From assembly GCA_032123335.1 (NCBI GenBank), contig JAQBFN010000003.1, forward strand, positions 1 to 17,234: a DNA stretch of 17,234 nucleotides. The letters run 5' to 3'. Source of the stretch: Candidatus Micrarchaeota archaeon. Lineage in GTDB: Archaea > Micrarchaeota > Micrarchaeia > Anstonellales > Bilamarchaeaceae. A program made the translations under genes and the position numbers. Below, in pieces: positions 8,120-16,567 of the stretch; the stretch's first letter is position 1, and each line of letters opens with the position of its first letter. A model generated the notes under the pieces. It ran no database searches, was not told where the DNA came from, and saw nothing but the letters and a program-made list of their open reading frames with translations.

Positions 8120-9694
8120 CTATTTTTTGGGATTGTTTACCTCATTCTTTTCCAGGACAGGGAATATGACCTCCTGGTAGAAGCAGTAAAGGCGCTTTTC
8201 AAGGAGGGTGTACCTGGCTTCGGCTTCAGCAATGAGGTTGGCAGCCTGGGGGCCAAAGCGCACTTCCCTCTGTGCAAGCGAGGCAACGGAGGCGCTTGCG
8301 ATTACATTTCCATTTCCATCCATAAGGTCGAAAAAGCGGGGGGATTCTTCCGAGGGCTGGATAAATTTAGAGCGCTCGTCATTGTCTGTGAATCCGAGAA
8401 CCTTTACGATGCTCTCGTGGACTGGGGAGGTTATGGGCACATCGCTCTTTTCCGGGCTGACATGAAAGCCGTAGTCTCTCAGATAATCAGTGAGGAGAGG
8501 GGCATAATTCAACCCTATTCTGGGGGGAAACCCCACTTCAACATAGTTCATTGAAAATGCAACAAGGGGGTTGCTTCCGTAGATTGTGATGTAAGCATAT
8601 TGGGGGTTGGGGTGCTTAAGCAGTGCAGCAACATCAAAACGGTCCCTCAGCTTGAATGGGACAACTGTTTTGGTGGGGGTAATCGGAGTTATGCTCCTTT
8701 CTATGCTTATGCCCATATTTTTGAACAGTGCAGTGATGTATTCTACGTCTTTCTGCACAAGGAAAATTGCTGCGTGCCTCATTGTGTTGCGTGCCATGGT
8801 GCGGAGGTTCTTCATCGCTTTGGCTTTGTAGAGGCCCAGCATGGTTTCCGCATTGTGCACGTTGTCCAGGAGCTTGAGCACGATTGCATCTATGTCTCCG
8901 GAATTGAGGAGATATGAATAGTAGGCTTCGCTCCTGTCATCGTAAAGGGAAAGCTCAGCGTTCTCACCCGGGAGCACTGAAGTTTTTCTGTAATAGTCAT
9001 CATCACGATTGAAGTAAGAATCTTCCTTGGCAAAAACCCAGCGCTTCTCGCTTTCAAGCAGCTTGGGTTTTGTAAGCAGAACAACTAATTCTGCGGTTCT
9101 TTGGCCGCATTTCAATCCGGGGGGGGATGTTCCAAAAAGCCTGACGATTTGGTCGGGAAGAACGCTCCCACCATCTGATTTGTAGCGGTTTGTGTCCTCA
9201 ATGGCATCGTGAAGCAGGGCTGCACAGATTGCAGATATGTCCATGCCCATCCTTGCTGCACGGGTTGCAACTGCAAGCGGATGCACTATCGCGACATCGC
9301 CGTCATCCCTTCTCTTTCCTCCGCATACCTTGTCTTCTATAAAATGGTATGCGATTGTTACAAAATTGATTTCATGTGCAGGATAATGCTTTGCCTCCAT
9401 AACTTTTTTGAGCTTTGAAATGGAAATGGTTTCATCTTTTCTGATGAGTTTTTCGGTTGATAGGTCTTCTTCGCAGAGGACTGGCTCAGGCATTGGTTTT
9501 TTCAGGATTTTGACAAGCCCCGGAAGGGAAAACTGGAAGCGCTTGCTGGGATCCAGGATTGAGGGGTGGGCGGGCATCCTATTTTCTGCAATGGGAGTGC
9601 GAAGCTTAGGGGTGCCACTGTAGGTGGGCGTTCTTACAGGAAAAGGTTGGGGGAGATTCAGCTTGAGCTGTTTCCCGCCATTCTGGCTGTTCAT
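8120..9694 (-). CDS. RelA/SpoT-type HD hydrolase domain protein with unknown N- and C-terminal regions
   Basis: AYHF......KRRDDG..AIVHPLAVA...MGMD...ICAALLHDAIEDT...V..LTK...IVLKLLDNVHN..TM is the (p)ppGpp hydrolase HD pattern. No synthetase motifs were recognised. Confidence 0.8.
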   Translation of the reverse strand: MNSQNGGKQLKLNLPQPFPVRTPTYSGTPKLRTPIAENRMPAHPSILDPSKRFQFSLPGLVKILKKPMPEPVLCEEDLSTEKLIRKDETISISKLKKVMEAKHYPAHEINFVTIAYHFIEDKVCGGKRRDDGDVAIVHPLAVATRAARMGMDISAICAALLHDAIEDTNRYKSDGGSVLPDQIVRLFGTSPPGLKCGQRTAELVVLLTKPKLLESEKRWVFAKEDSYFNRDDDYYRKTSVLPGENAELSLYDDRSEAYYSYLLNSGDIDAIVLKLLDNVHNAETMLGLYKAKAMKNLRTMARNTMRHAAIFLVQKDVEYITALFKNMGISIERSITPITPTKTVVPFKLRDRFDVAALLKHPNPQYAYITIYGSNPLVAFSMNYVEVGFPPRIGLNYAPLLTDYLRDYGFHVSPEKSDVPITSPVHESIVKVLGFTDNDERSKFIQPSEESPRFFDLMDGNGNVIASASVASLAQREVRFGPQAANLIAEAEARYTLLEKRLYCFYQEVIFPVLEKNEVNNPKK

Positions 9695-9935
9695 ATTACT
9701 ATAATTATAATTGGCGGAAGGTTTAAATATGGTGCTGAAAATCTATTTTTGGACAGAAATGACCACAAATGGAACAGGAGGTACACCGAATAGGAATTTT
9801 GGAAGGCGGAACATTTTTAAACACTTTGATGCACAATAGAGATATACACTGGTTTTCTGAATGTGTTTGAGGAGAGCATTACCCTTTATAAAGATTTAGA
9901 AAACAGTTACATACGCTACTATTTTTGGTGAGCCT

Positions 9936-10562
9936 ATGGAAGAAATGAAGGCAGACCAGGTAAAAAAGACAGGGACTACAACCATCGGGCTTGTATGCAA
10001 GGATTGCGTCATCATGGCTAGTGATAAACGGGCCACCATGGGGTTCTATATTGCAAGCAAGGATGTGCTCAAGATTGCATCAATCAACGATACTATTGCA
10101 ATGACTATTGCAGGGGGAGTTGGGGACGCACAGTCACTCATCCGATGGATGAAGGCTGAGATTAAGCTCTATGAGCTCAAGAACGGAAGGAAGATGAGTG
10201 TGGAGGCGGCGGCAACGCTCCTTGCGAACATACTTTCACAATATAAGTATTATCCATTCTTTGTGCAGATACTTGTGGGAGGAATGGACGAGAAAGGAAG
10301 GGTGTTCAGCGTGGACATGCTGGGCGGAGTTACTGAAGAAACTTACACTGCAACAGGAAGCGGTTCCCCGATTGCGATGGGGCTTATAGAAGAGCTTTAC
10401 AAGCCGGACCTTGAAATGAACGATGGGATAAGGGTTGCTGTAAAGGCAGTCAATACCGCAATGAAAAGGGATGCTGCGAGCGGAGAAGGAGTTTCCGTGA
10501 TGGTGATTACAAAGAAAGGATCTGAGCTTCTTACGGCAAAGGAGATCAAGAAGCACTGCTGA
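9936..10562 (+). CDS. psmB: 20S proteasome beta subunit
   Basis: Propeptide ending KTG/TTTIG, plus DKRATMG, AGGVGDAQ, ATGSGSP and RDAASG motifs. SD GGTGA upstream. Confidence 0.97.
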   Translation: MEEMKADQVKKTGTTTIGLVCKDCVIMASDKRATMGFYIASKDVLKIASINDTIAMTIAGGVGDAQSLIRWMKAEIKLYELKNGRKMSVEAAATLLANILSQYKYYPFFVQILVGGMDEKGRVFSVDMLGGVTEETYTATGSGSPIAMGLIEELYKPDLEMNDGIRVAVKAVNTAMKRDAASGEGVSVMVITKKGSELLTAKEIKKHC

Positions 10563-10563
10563 G

Positions 10564-10595
10564 TTTCTTTTTTTATTTGTTCATTTTTTCATTTT
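10564..10595 (+). terminator. U-rich tract between psmB and fttA
   Basis: TTTCTTTTTTTATTTGTTCATTTTTTCATTTT directly after the psmB stop. Confidence 0.5.
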
Positions 10596-10627
10596 CATAC
10601 TGACGTGCTAAACAAAAGGTGACACAA

Positions 10628-12526
10628 TTGCACTACAAAGAGATAGATAAAATAGTAGAAGAGATAATGCCTAGCGAATGCAAGGTTACAAAGGTAGAGC
10701 CTGAAGGGCTCAATGTAGTTATTTATGTAAAGAACATAAAGGCGTTCTATACAAATGACCAGCTCATCAAACAGCTTGCGGGAAGCCTCAGGAAAAAGGT
10801 GAGCGTGAGGGTGGACCCGTCCATGCTCATGGACACTGATGATGCAAAGAAGAAGATAACGGAGATTATTTCCGAAGATGCAAGCATTTCAAACATTATG
10901 TTCTCCCCTGAGTTTTCAGAGGTGCACATAGAGGCATTGAAGCCGGGGCTAGTGATTGGGAAGAGAGGCTCGATACTGAAGGAGATCATGCTGAATACAG
11001 GATGGTCCCCGGTTGTGCTGAGGACTCCAACCATACCTTCTTCAACGCTTACGGGCATGAGAAAAGCTGCAGTTGCGAATGGGGAGGAAAGAAAGAAATT
11101 CCTGGTGGGTGTTGGAAAGAAAATCTGCCAGAACACGCCCCAGAGTGATTGGGTTAGGGCAGTACTGCTTGGGGCTGCCAGGGAAGTGGGAAGGTCGTGT
11201 ACACTTATACAGACACCGAACAGCAGGGTTCTGATTGATGTGGGGATAAACCCGGTTACTGGTGAGCCTACGAAAGCATATCCATATTTGAACATGCTGG
11301 GGTTCCCGCTTGAGGATCTGGATGCGGTGATAGTTACGCACGGGCATATGGATCACATGGGTTTCATTCCGTACCTTTATGCATATGGGTATACTGGGCC
11401 GGTATACTGCACACCCCCCACCAGGGATTTGATGGGGCTGCTGCAGAGAGATTACCTAAACCTTGCAAAGAAAGCGCTGGGGATTGATCCTCCGTATACA
11501 AAAAAGGATATACAGACTGAACTGAAGAGTATTATCCCAGTGGAGTATGGGGAAGTAGTGGACATAACCCCGGAAATAAAAATGACGCTTTACAATGCGG
11601 GGCACATAATCGGAAGCGCGATGGTGCACCTGCACATAGGTGAAGGGCTGCACAACTTTGTGCATACTGGTGACATGAAATTTGGGTATACTAAGTTGTT
11701 TGAGCCTGCGAATACGAATTTCCCAAGAGTGGAAACACTGTTTATGGAAAGCACCTATGGTGGAAGGAATGATGTTACTCCAAACAGGAGGCAGATGGAA
11801 GAAAAGCTTGTGCAGATCATAAAGGAAACTGCAGCAAAAGGGGGAAAGGTCCTGATTCCGGTGTTCGCGGTTGGAAGGAGCCAGGAGGTTATGCTGGTTT
11901 TGGAGGATTATTATAGGCGGGAAAATAGTGGGTTTGATTTGCCCGTGTACATGGATGGAATGGTGCTTGAGGCATCTGCAATCCATACCGCATACCCCGA
12001 ATATCTGAGAGAGAATGTGGAAAGGAGGATACTTTCAAACAACAGCCCGTTCGAGTCCCCGATGCTTAAGGTTGCGAAGGGAACGGACAAGAATGATATT
12101 TTGGATGGGGAACCCTGCGTAATTTTGGCGCCTTCGGGAATGCTTGCAGGAGGGCCTTCATTGGAATACCTTAACCTGATGGCTGAGGATGAAAGGAACA
12201 CCATGATATTTGTTGGTTACCAGAGCCCGCTTTCCCTTGGGCATAAAATCCAGAAAGGGATGCAGGAGATACCTGTGACCGGGGAAGACGGAAGGACCAA
12301 AATCATGAAGATTAATATGCGGGTGGAAACTGTGGAGGGGTTCTCCGGGCATAGTGACAGGTATCAATTGATGGCGTTCCTAAAGAATTTGAGGCCCACA
12401 CCGGAAAGGATTTTCACTGTGCATGGTGACTGGGGAAAAACAGATGACCTTGCAAGAAGCGTGGGCTCCATGCTGAAGAGGGAGGCAAGGGCGCCAATGA
12501 ACCTGGAAGCAATCCGGTTCAAATAG
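10628..12526 (+). CDS. fttA: beta-CASP ribonuclease aCPSF1 / transcription termination factor FttA
   Basis: N-terminal KH domains (KPGLVIGKRG), GAAREVGRSC, THGHMDH, AGHIIGSA, ESTYGG, PVFAVGRSQE, GFSGHSD, VHG and PMNLEAIRF. TTG at 10628 follows AGGTGA by 5 nt; the ORF also opens at GTG 10619. Confidence 0.96.
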   Translation: MHYKEIDKIVEEIMPSECKVTKVEPEGLNVVIYVKNIKAFYTNDQLIKQLAGSLRKKVSVRVDPSMLMDTDDAKKKITEIISEDASISNIMFSPEFSEVHIEALKPGLVIGKRGSILKEIMLNTGWSPVVLRTPTIPSSTLTGMRKAAVANGEERKKFLVGVGKKICQNTPQSDWVRAVLLGAAREVGRSCTLIQTPNSRVLIDVGINPVTGEPTKAYPYLNMLGFPLEDLDAVIVTHGHMDHMGFIPYLYAYGYTGPVYCTPPTRDLMGLLQRDYLNLAKKALGIDPPYTKKDIQTELKSIIPVEYGEVVDITPEIKMTLYNAGHIIGSAMVHLHIGEGLHNFVHTGDMKFGYTKLFEPANTNFPRVETLFMESTYGGRNDVTPNRRQMEEKLVQIIKETAAKGGKVLIPVFAVGRSQEVMLVLEDYYRRENSGFDLPVYMDGMVLEASAIHTAYPEYLRENVERRILSNNSPFESPMLKVAKGTDKNDILDGEPCVILAPSGMLAGGPSLEYLNLMAEDERNTMIFVGYQSPLSLGHKIQKGMQEIPVTGEDGRTKIMKINMRVETVEGFSGHSDRYQLMAFLKNLRPTPERIFTVHGDWGKTDDLARSVGSMLKREARAPMNLEAIRFK

Positions 12527-12528
12527 GA

Positions 12529-13104
12529 TTAGTTTTTCTTTTCTTTTTTCTCTTTATTTTCCTCTTTCTGTTCTTTGGGTTTTTCAGAATCTTCTTTGAT
12601 TAGGAGGGCATTGAGCATTGGGATAAAATAAAAGCTGAATGCAAACCCTGCGATTATGCCTGTGAGGGCTCGGAGCTCGTTTGTGCTTTCCCTTAACCCT
12701 ATGAATTGGGTTCCGCCATCAAGAGCTATTGGGAGTATGGCGAGTATGAAGTAGATTGGGTTGGGGGGCTTTTTGGAATCCCTCCATTTTGTGAAATAGA
12801 CTGCTATTCCTCCTAGGAATGCAGCTAAGTAGAGGGGGAGGTCTCGGGCGCAGACAGGGAATTTGTAGGCTGTGCCCTGCTCGGTTTCAATGGTTGATTC
12901 GTCGGAATAAATGTGGGGGCAGTCTGCAATGGAGCCATCTGGATAGAGGCAGTAGGAGCGCGCAAGTATCTGGTGGCAGGTGAGCGCGTATGCGGAATGG
13001 AGGAGTTCCCCTGTGGAAGCGTCTGAGGCCATTATGTAGGGAGTTGCGAGTATCGTGATGTTGAGGAGTGCGAGTGCAAGCATGTAGAGATAAAAGGGTT
13101 TCAT
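12529..13104 (-). CDS. DUF2085-family membrane protein
   Basis: CHQ..ARSY, PVCARD, LDGGTQFIGLRESTN.LRALTG and several transmembrane helices. ATGA overlap with the upstream PRTase stop. Confidence 0.85.
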   Translation of the reverse strand: MKPFYLYMLALALLNITILATPYIMASDASTGELLHSAYALTCHQILARSYCLYPDGSIADCPHIYSDESTIETEQGTAYKFPVCARDLPLYLAAFLGGIAVYFTKWRDSKKPPNPIYFILAILPIALDGGTQFIGLRESTNELRALTGIIAGFAFSFYFIPMLNALLIKEDSEKPKEQKEENKEKKEKKN

Positions 13105-13589
13105 AGCTCTTCAACTCTTTTTCCGGTATCGCGGGTGAATTCTGCCCTTTCCCAGGGGTAGACTACCCAGGCTTCGGTTGTGAAGATAAAGAAATCGGGT
13201 TTGAACATTGAGCCCGGCTTGTAGTGGATTGTTGCTGTTTTTATCTCAGCGGGATTGAGGGGTATTATGTATTGCTCTGCGAGCTCCAGGCTTCTTCCGC
13301 TGTCGGAGACATCATCTACGATGAGGATTTTCTTTCCTGTGATGTCTACTGAAAGGGGCTGGGTTACTTCGGGCTTTTCCATGCGTACCCCTACGCTGGA
13401 GTAGAGGGAAATGCGGATTGTGTATAGTACCGGAACGTTTAGGGAATCTGAGAGTAGGCGGGCGGGAACGAGGCCTCCGCGGCTTATTGCAATTATGATG
13501 TCCGGGGTGAATCCGGAAGAATTGATTTTTTCTGTGAGGGAAGCTGCTGTGTTTTCAACATTTTCCCAGGAAAATGGCAGGTATTCCAT
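13101..13589 (-). CDS. type I purine phosphoribosyltransferase (hypoxanthine/xanthine-guanine PRT-like)
   Basis: IAISRGGLVPA, ILIVDDVSDSGRSL PRPP-binding motif, and PDFF...WVVYPWE. Confidence 0.9.
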   Translation of the reverse strand: MEYLPFSWENVENTAASLTEKINSSGFTPDIIIAISRGGLVPARLLSDSLNVPVLYTIRISLYSSVGVRMEKPEVTQPLSVDITGKKILIVDDVSDSGRSLELAEQYIIPLNPAEIKTATIHYKPGSMFKPDFFIFTTEAWVVYPWERAEFTRDTGKRVEEL

Positions 13590-13617
13590 GGAACCACTTT
13601 ATTCATGAAGATTTTAA

Positions 13618-14502
13618 TTACTGCATCAGGGAACGGATTTTGGATGCGATTTCCTCTCCTATGCGAAGCTGGGCTTCTTCTGTTGCTGCACCGAGGTGGG
13701 GGGTGAAGAAAACATTATCAAGTTCGAGGAGCTTGCCTTTGTAGGGCTCTTCGCGGTAGACATCCAGGGCGGCTGCGCGAACCTTGCCGGATTTGCATGC
13801 ATCATAGAGTGCATCCTCATCAATTATCTGGCCACGGGCGGTGTTTATGAGTATTACCCCTTCCTTCATTTTGGAGAGGTTTTCCGCGTTTATGAGCTTG
13901 TCTGTATTGGGGTTGAGGGGGACGTGGAGGGAAATGATGTCTGCGTTTTTGAGGAGTTCATCAAGTTCTACGTATTCAATGAATGTGGAGACCTGGCGCG
14001 GGGGAGGGTTGTAGCCGAGCACCTTCATGCCAAGCTTGTGGGCTTTTTCACCTGTGAGGGAACCGATGCGGCCGCATCCAATTAGGCCGAGCGTTTTTCC
14101 GTGGATTTCTGTTCCTGAAAGGGATTTCTTTTCCCATTTTCCTTCCTTCATGGTGAGGTAGCCACGCTGGACGTTGCGGACTGTGGAAAGCATTAGGGCA
14201 AGGGTGAGCTCTGCAACTGCGTTGGTGGACGCTCCGGGGGTGTTTACAACTTCGATTCCGCGTTCCTTGCAGGCTTCCTGGTCTATGTTGTCCAGGCCTA
14301 CGCCTCCGCGAACAACTGCTTTTAGCTTGGGGGCTTTAGAGATAAGGTCTGCGGTGACCTTGGTAGCGCTGCGGACTACGAGCATTTTTGCATCTGCGAG
14401 TGCGAATTCTAGAGATTCGGGCTTGTAGATTACTTCTGCGCCGGTTTCCTTGATTATTTCAAGGGCGCCTGGGTTCATGTTGTCGGAAATTACTACTTTC
14501 AT
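13618..14502 (-). CDS. serA: D-3-phosphoglycerate dehydrogenase-like D-2-hydroxyacid dehydrogenase (short form, no ACT domain)
   Basis: VRSATKV, RGGVGLDNID, NTPGAST.AVAE, GCGRIG, SLHVP, INTARG, DVYREEP and TPHLGA.T.EAQ motifs. Confidence 0.85.
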   Translation of the reverse strand: MKVVISDNMNPGALEIIKETGAEVIYKPESLEFALADAKMLVVRSATKVTADLISKAPKLKAVVRGGVGLDNIDQEACKERGIEVVNTPGASTNAVAELTLALMLSTVRNVQRGYLTMKEGKWEKKSLSGTEIHGKTLGLIGCGRIGSLTGEKAHKLGMKVLGYNPPPRQVSTFIEYVELDELLKNADIISLHVPLNPNTDKLINAENLSKMKEGVILINTARGQIIDEDALYDACKSGKVRAAALDVYREEPYKGKLLELDNVFFTPHLGAATEEAQLRIGEEIASKIRSLMQ

Positions 14503-14511
14503 GGGAATACC

Positions 14512-15573
14512 TCATTTCAGGAACTCTTCAAGAGTGTCTATGCAGATGTCCAGGTTCTCTTTCTGGAAGTGGCCCATGTGGGCGATGCGGAGGCCCTTGC
14601 CTTTGAGCTCGCCTTTGCAGCCAACTATCGTGATTTCGCGTTCTTCGAGCATTCTTTTCTTTATGGAGTCTGCATTGTCGCAGTAGAATGCGGTGAGTGC
14701 GGGAGATTCGTAGCCTGGTTCGGGGATAAGCTTGAAGCCCAGGGGGGTGATGCGGGAGCGTACGTGCTCGGAAATGGATTTGTGCTTTTCGACCCACCCG
14801 GGCATTCCTCCTTCCTGGTCGATTATGTCGAAGGATTTGCGCATGGAGCGGAAAAGGGAAATTGCGGGGGTGTTGGGAGTTTGCTGGTTCTTTAGGTAGC
14901 GCTTGCGGTGCTTGCGCAAATCGCAGTAAATGGAAGGAATCCTGTCGCGGGATTCGATGCGTTCTATTGCGTCCTTGCTGAGGCCGATGATGCCCATTCC
15001 GGGTGGGCAGCCGAGAGCCTTTTGGCTTGCGGAGCCAAAAAAGTCAACCTTGAATTCGGACTGGTTGAAAGGGAGGGCGGGCCATGCGGAAACAGAATCC
15101 ATTATTGTGAGCATTCCTTTTGATTTTGCGTATTGGAAAATTTCCCTGGAGTGGTTTGCGACTCCATAGCCGGTTTCGTTGTAGACCATTCCGAATACCT
15201 GTGCATCGGAGTTGTCGATGAGTTCCTTGGAGCGGTCAAGATTCCACCCCTGGCCTGCGGGGAGGGAGTGTTTTTCCACATTTGTGTAAATGGAGCCGAT
15301 CTCTGCGAGGCGGTCACCGAATTCCCCATTGGAAAGAACGAGCATCTTTTCATTTGGGATGCAGCAGTTGAGCACGTTGGTTTCGTTTGCAAGGGTGCCT
15401 GAACCGGTGATTAGGTATGCTTCTTCGGAATTGAGGTAGCCCTTGAGGCGGGTGCAGATGTTTCCATAGAGCTCCGTGAAAGCGGGGCTGCGGTGAGTTA
15501 TCATTGGTTGGGCCTGCGCGAGCAGGATTTCCTCTGGAACGAAAACGGGTCCGGGGCTTAGCAGTATTGGCAT
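14512..15573 (-). CDS. class V PLP-dependent aminotransferase (serine-pyruvate / archaeal phosphoserine aminotransferase family)
   Basis: PGPV, HRS..F, GSGT.A.E, NGEFG, NETG.GV, DSVS, SQKALG.PPG (PLP lysine), TP.TP and LRIAHMG motifs. Confidence 0.9.
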   Translation of the reverse strand: MPILLSPGPVFVPEEILLAQAQPMITHRSPAFTELYGNICTRLKGYLNSEEAYLITGSGTLANETNVLNCCIPNEKMLVLSNGEFGDRLAEIGSIYTNVEKHSLPAGQGWNLDRSKELIDNSDAQVFGMVYNETGYGVANHSREIFQYAKSKGMLTIMDSVSAWPALPFNQSEFKVDFFGSASQKALGCPPGMGIIGLSKDAIERIESRDRIPSIYCDLRKHRKRYLKNQQTPNTPAISLFRSMRKSFDIIDQEGGMPGWVEKHKSISEHVRSRITPLGFKLIPEPGYESPALTAFYCDNADSIKKRMLEEREITIVGCKGELKGKGLRIAHMGHFQKENLDICIDTLEEFLK

Positions 15574-15582
15574 AGAGATACC

Positions 15583-16386
15583 TCAATAGATTACTATTAC
15601 GGGTTCTGAATAGCGGCGTACATTGCCGGCATACACACGGTGGCTGAGCATTTCCTCAAGGAGGGAGTAAGAAGCATCCTTGTCCTCAAGGAGCCACCCA
15701 AGGCGCATGTTCAGGCGGATTATGCGGTCCGGGATTGTGTGCCTGGTGGATTTGGGGGGGAAAGGGCGGCCTGCAAGGGCTTCCTTAACTACTTCATCCT
15801 TTGTGTAGGAGCGCCTATAGAGAACTGTGCGGTTTTTGTTTAGCTGGATATCCATGCGGTCATCTGCATAATATTCAATGGGGACATGGTTCAGGGAGGA
15901 AACAATGGACTTTTGCTTCTCGGTCATGGAAGTAACGTCATAGGAATCGGAAGAAATCAGGGTGCACTCCTTTTTTCCATCCACGGGCTTTACCATCATG
16001 AAGATGGCCTGGAGTGAGTCAACTGCCTTTTTTCCTGTTTCAAAATCCACGGGCTCTGATTTTTCACCAATCTTTTCGAAATCGGCTGGGGAGAGGTGAT
16101 TTTCGGAAACGGGGAGCCAGGTTCCAATGCCGATTTCATCATCAGAATAATCTACTGACTGGATTACTGTGTGGGGGATTTCAATGGTTCTTAGCACTGC
16201 GAGGCGGTGGTTTCCATCAAGAACCACTCCGGTTTTTTTGTCTGTGATGAGGGGGTCTACGAGCTGGCCAAGGTTGAACATTGATTCCTGGAGCCTCTTG
16301 AGGTTCCTGGAAATTGTTTGCTCGTGTGGATAAAGAGAGCTTACCTCCACTATTTCTAACTTAGACATTATGTCATTTAATAGCAT
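15583..16386 (-). CDS. serK: SerK/SbnI-family free L-serine kinase (ParB/Srx-like fold)
   Basis: PHEQ, VLDGNHR, VDY, TW, QK, YY, R..TK.EV and FPPKSTRH are collinear with the Thermococcus SerK sequence as I recall it (PHEQ, DGHHR, DY, TW, TKEEV, FSPKTTRH). Confidence 0.8.
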   Translation of the reverse strand: MLLNDIMSKLEIVEVSSLYPHEQTISRNLKRLQESMFNLGQLVDPLITDKKTGVVLDGNHRLAVLRTIEIPHTVIQSVDYSDDEIGIGTWLPVSENHLSPADFEKIGEKSEPVDFETGKKAVDSLQAIFMMVKPVDGKKECTLISSDSYDVTSMTEKQKSIVSSLNHVPIEYYADDRMDIQLNKNRTVLYRRSYTKDEVVKEALAGRPFPPKSTRHTIPDRIIRLNMRLGWLLEDKDASYSLLEEMLSHRVYAGNVRRYSEPVIVIY

Positions 16387-16444
16387 AGAAATAACCGATT
16401 TGATTTGTTATAGAGACTTTAAATGGGTTTGGTGGCGGGCATAA

Positions 16445-16459
16445 AAAGGTATTTAAAAA
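16445..16459 (+). promoter_or_regulatory. putative BRE/TATA promoter of the tRNA gene
   Basis: Purine-rich AAAGG followed by TATTTAAAAA, about 35 nt upstream of the mature tRNA start. Confidence 0.5.
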
Positions 16460-16492
16460 CGCGTATGGGATAAATAGAAACCCTGACAATAT

Positions 16493-16567
16493 GGGCCCGT
16501 AGCGCAGCCTGGATAGCGCGACTGCCTCCTAAGTAGTAGGTCGAGGGTTCAAATCCCTCCGGGCCCG
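16493..16567 (+). tRNA. tRNA-Arg (anticodon CCT), intronless, CCA not encoded
   Basis: Acceptor GGGCCCG/CGGGCCC+G, D arm GCGC..GCGC, anticodon arm ACTGC-CT-CCT-AA-GTAGT (CCT at 16528-16530), T arm GAGGG-TTCAAAT-CCCTC. Confidence 0.96.

Noticed and set aside
9695..9935. Possible small RNA or small ORF (9566-9793) in the 240-bp divergent gap
   Set aside because: Only weak C/D-box-like words and no clear stem. The TATA-like tracts near 9722, 9814 and 9885 explain the region as promoters.
15583..16386. ParB chromosome partition protein
   Set aside because: No HTH or parA neighbour. The C-terminal PK.TRH motif and the serine-pathway neighbours indicate the SerK/SbnI family.
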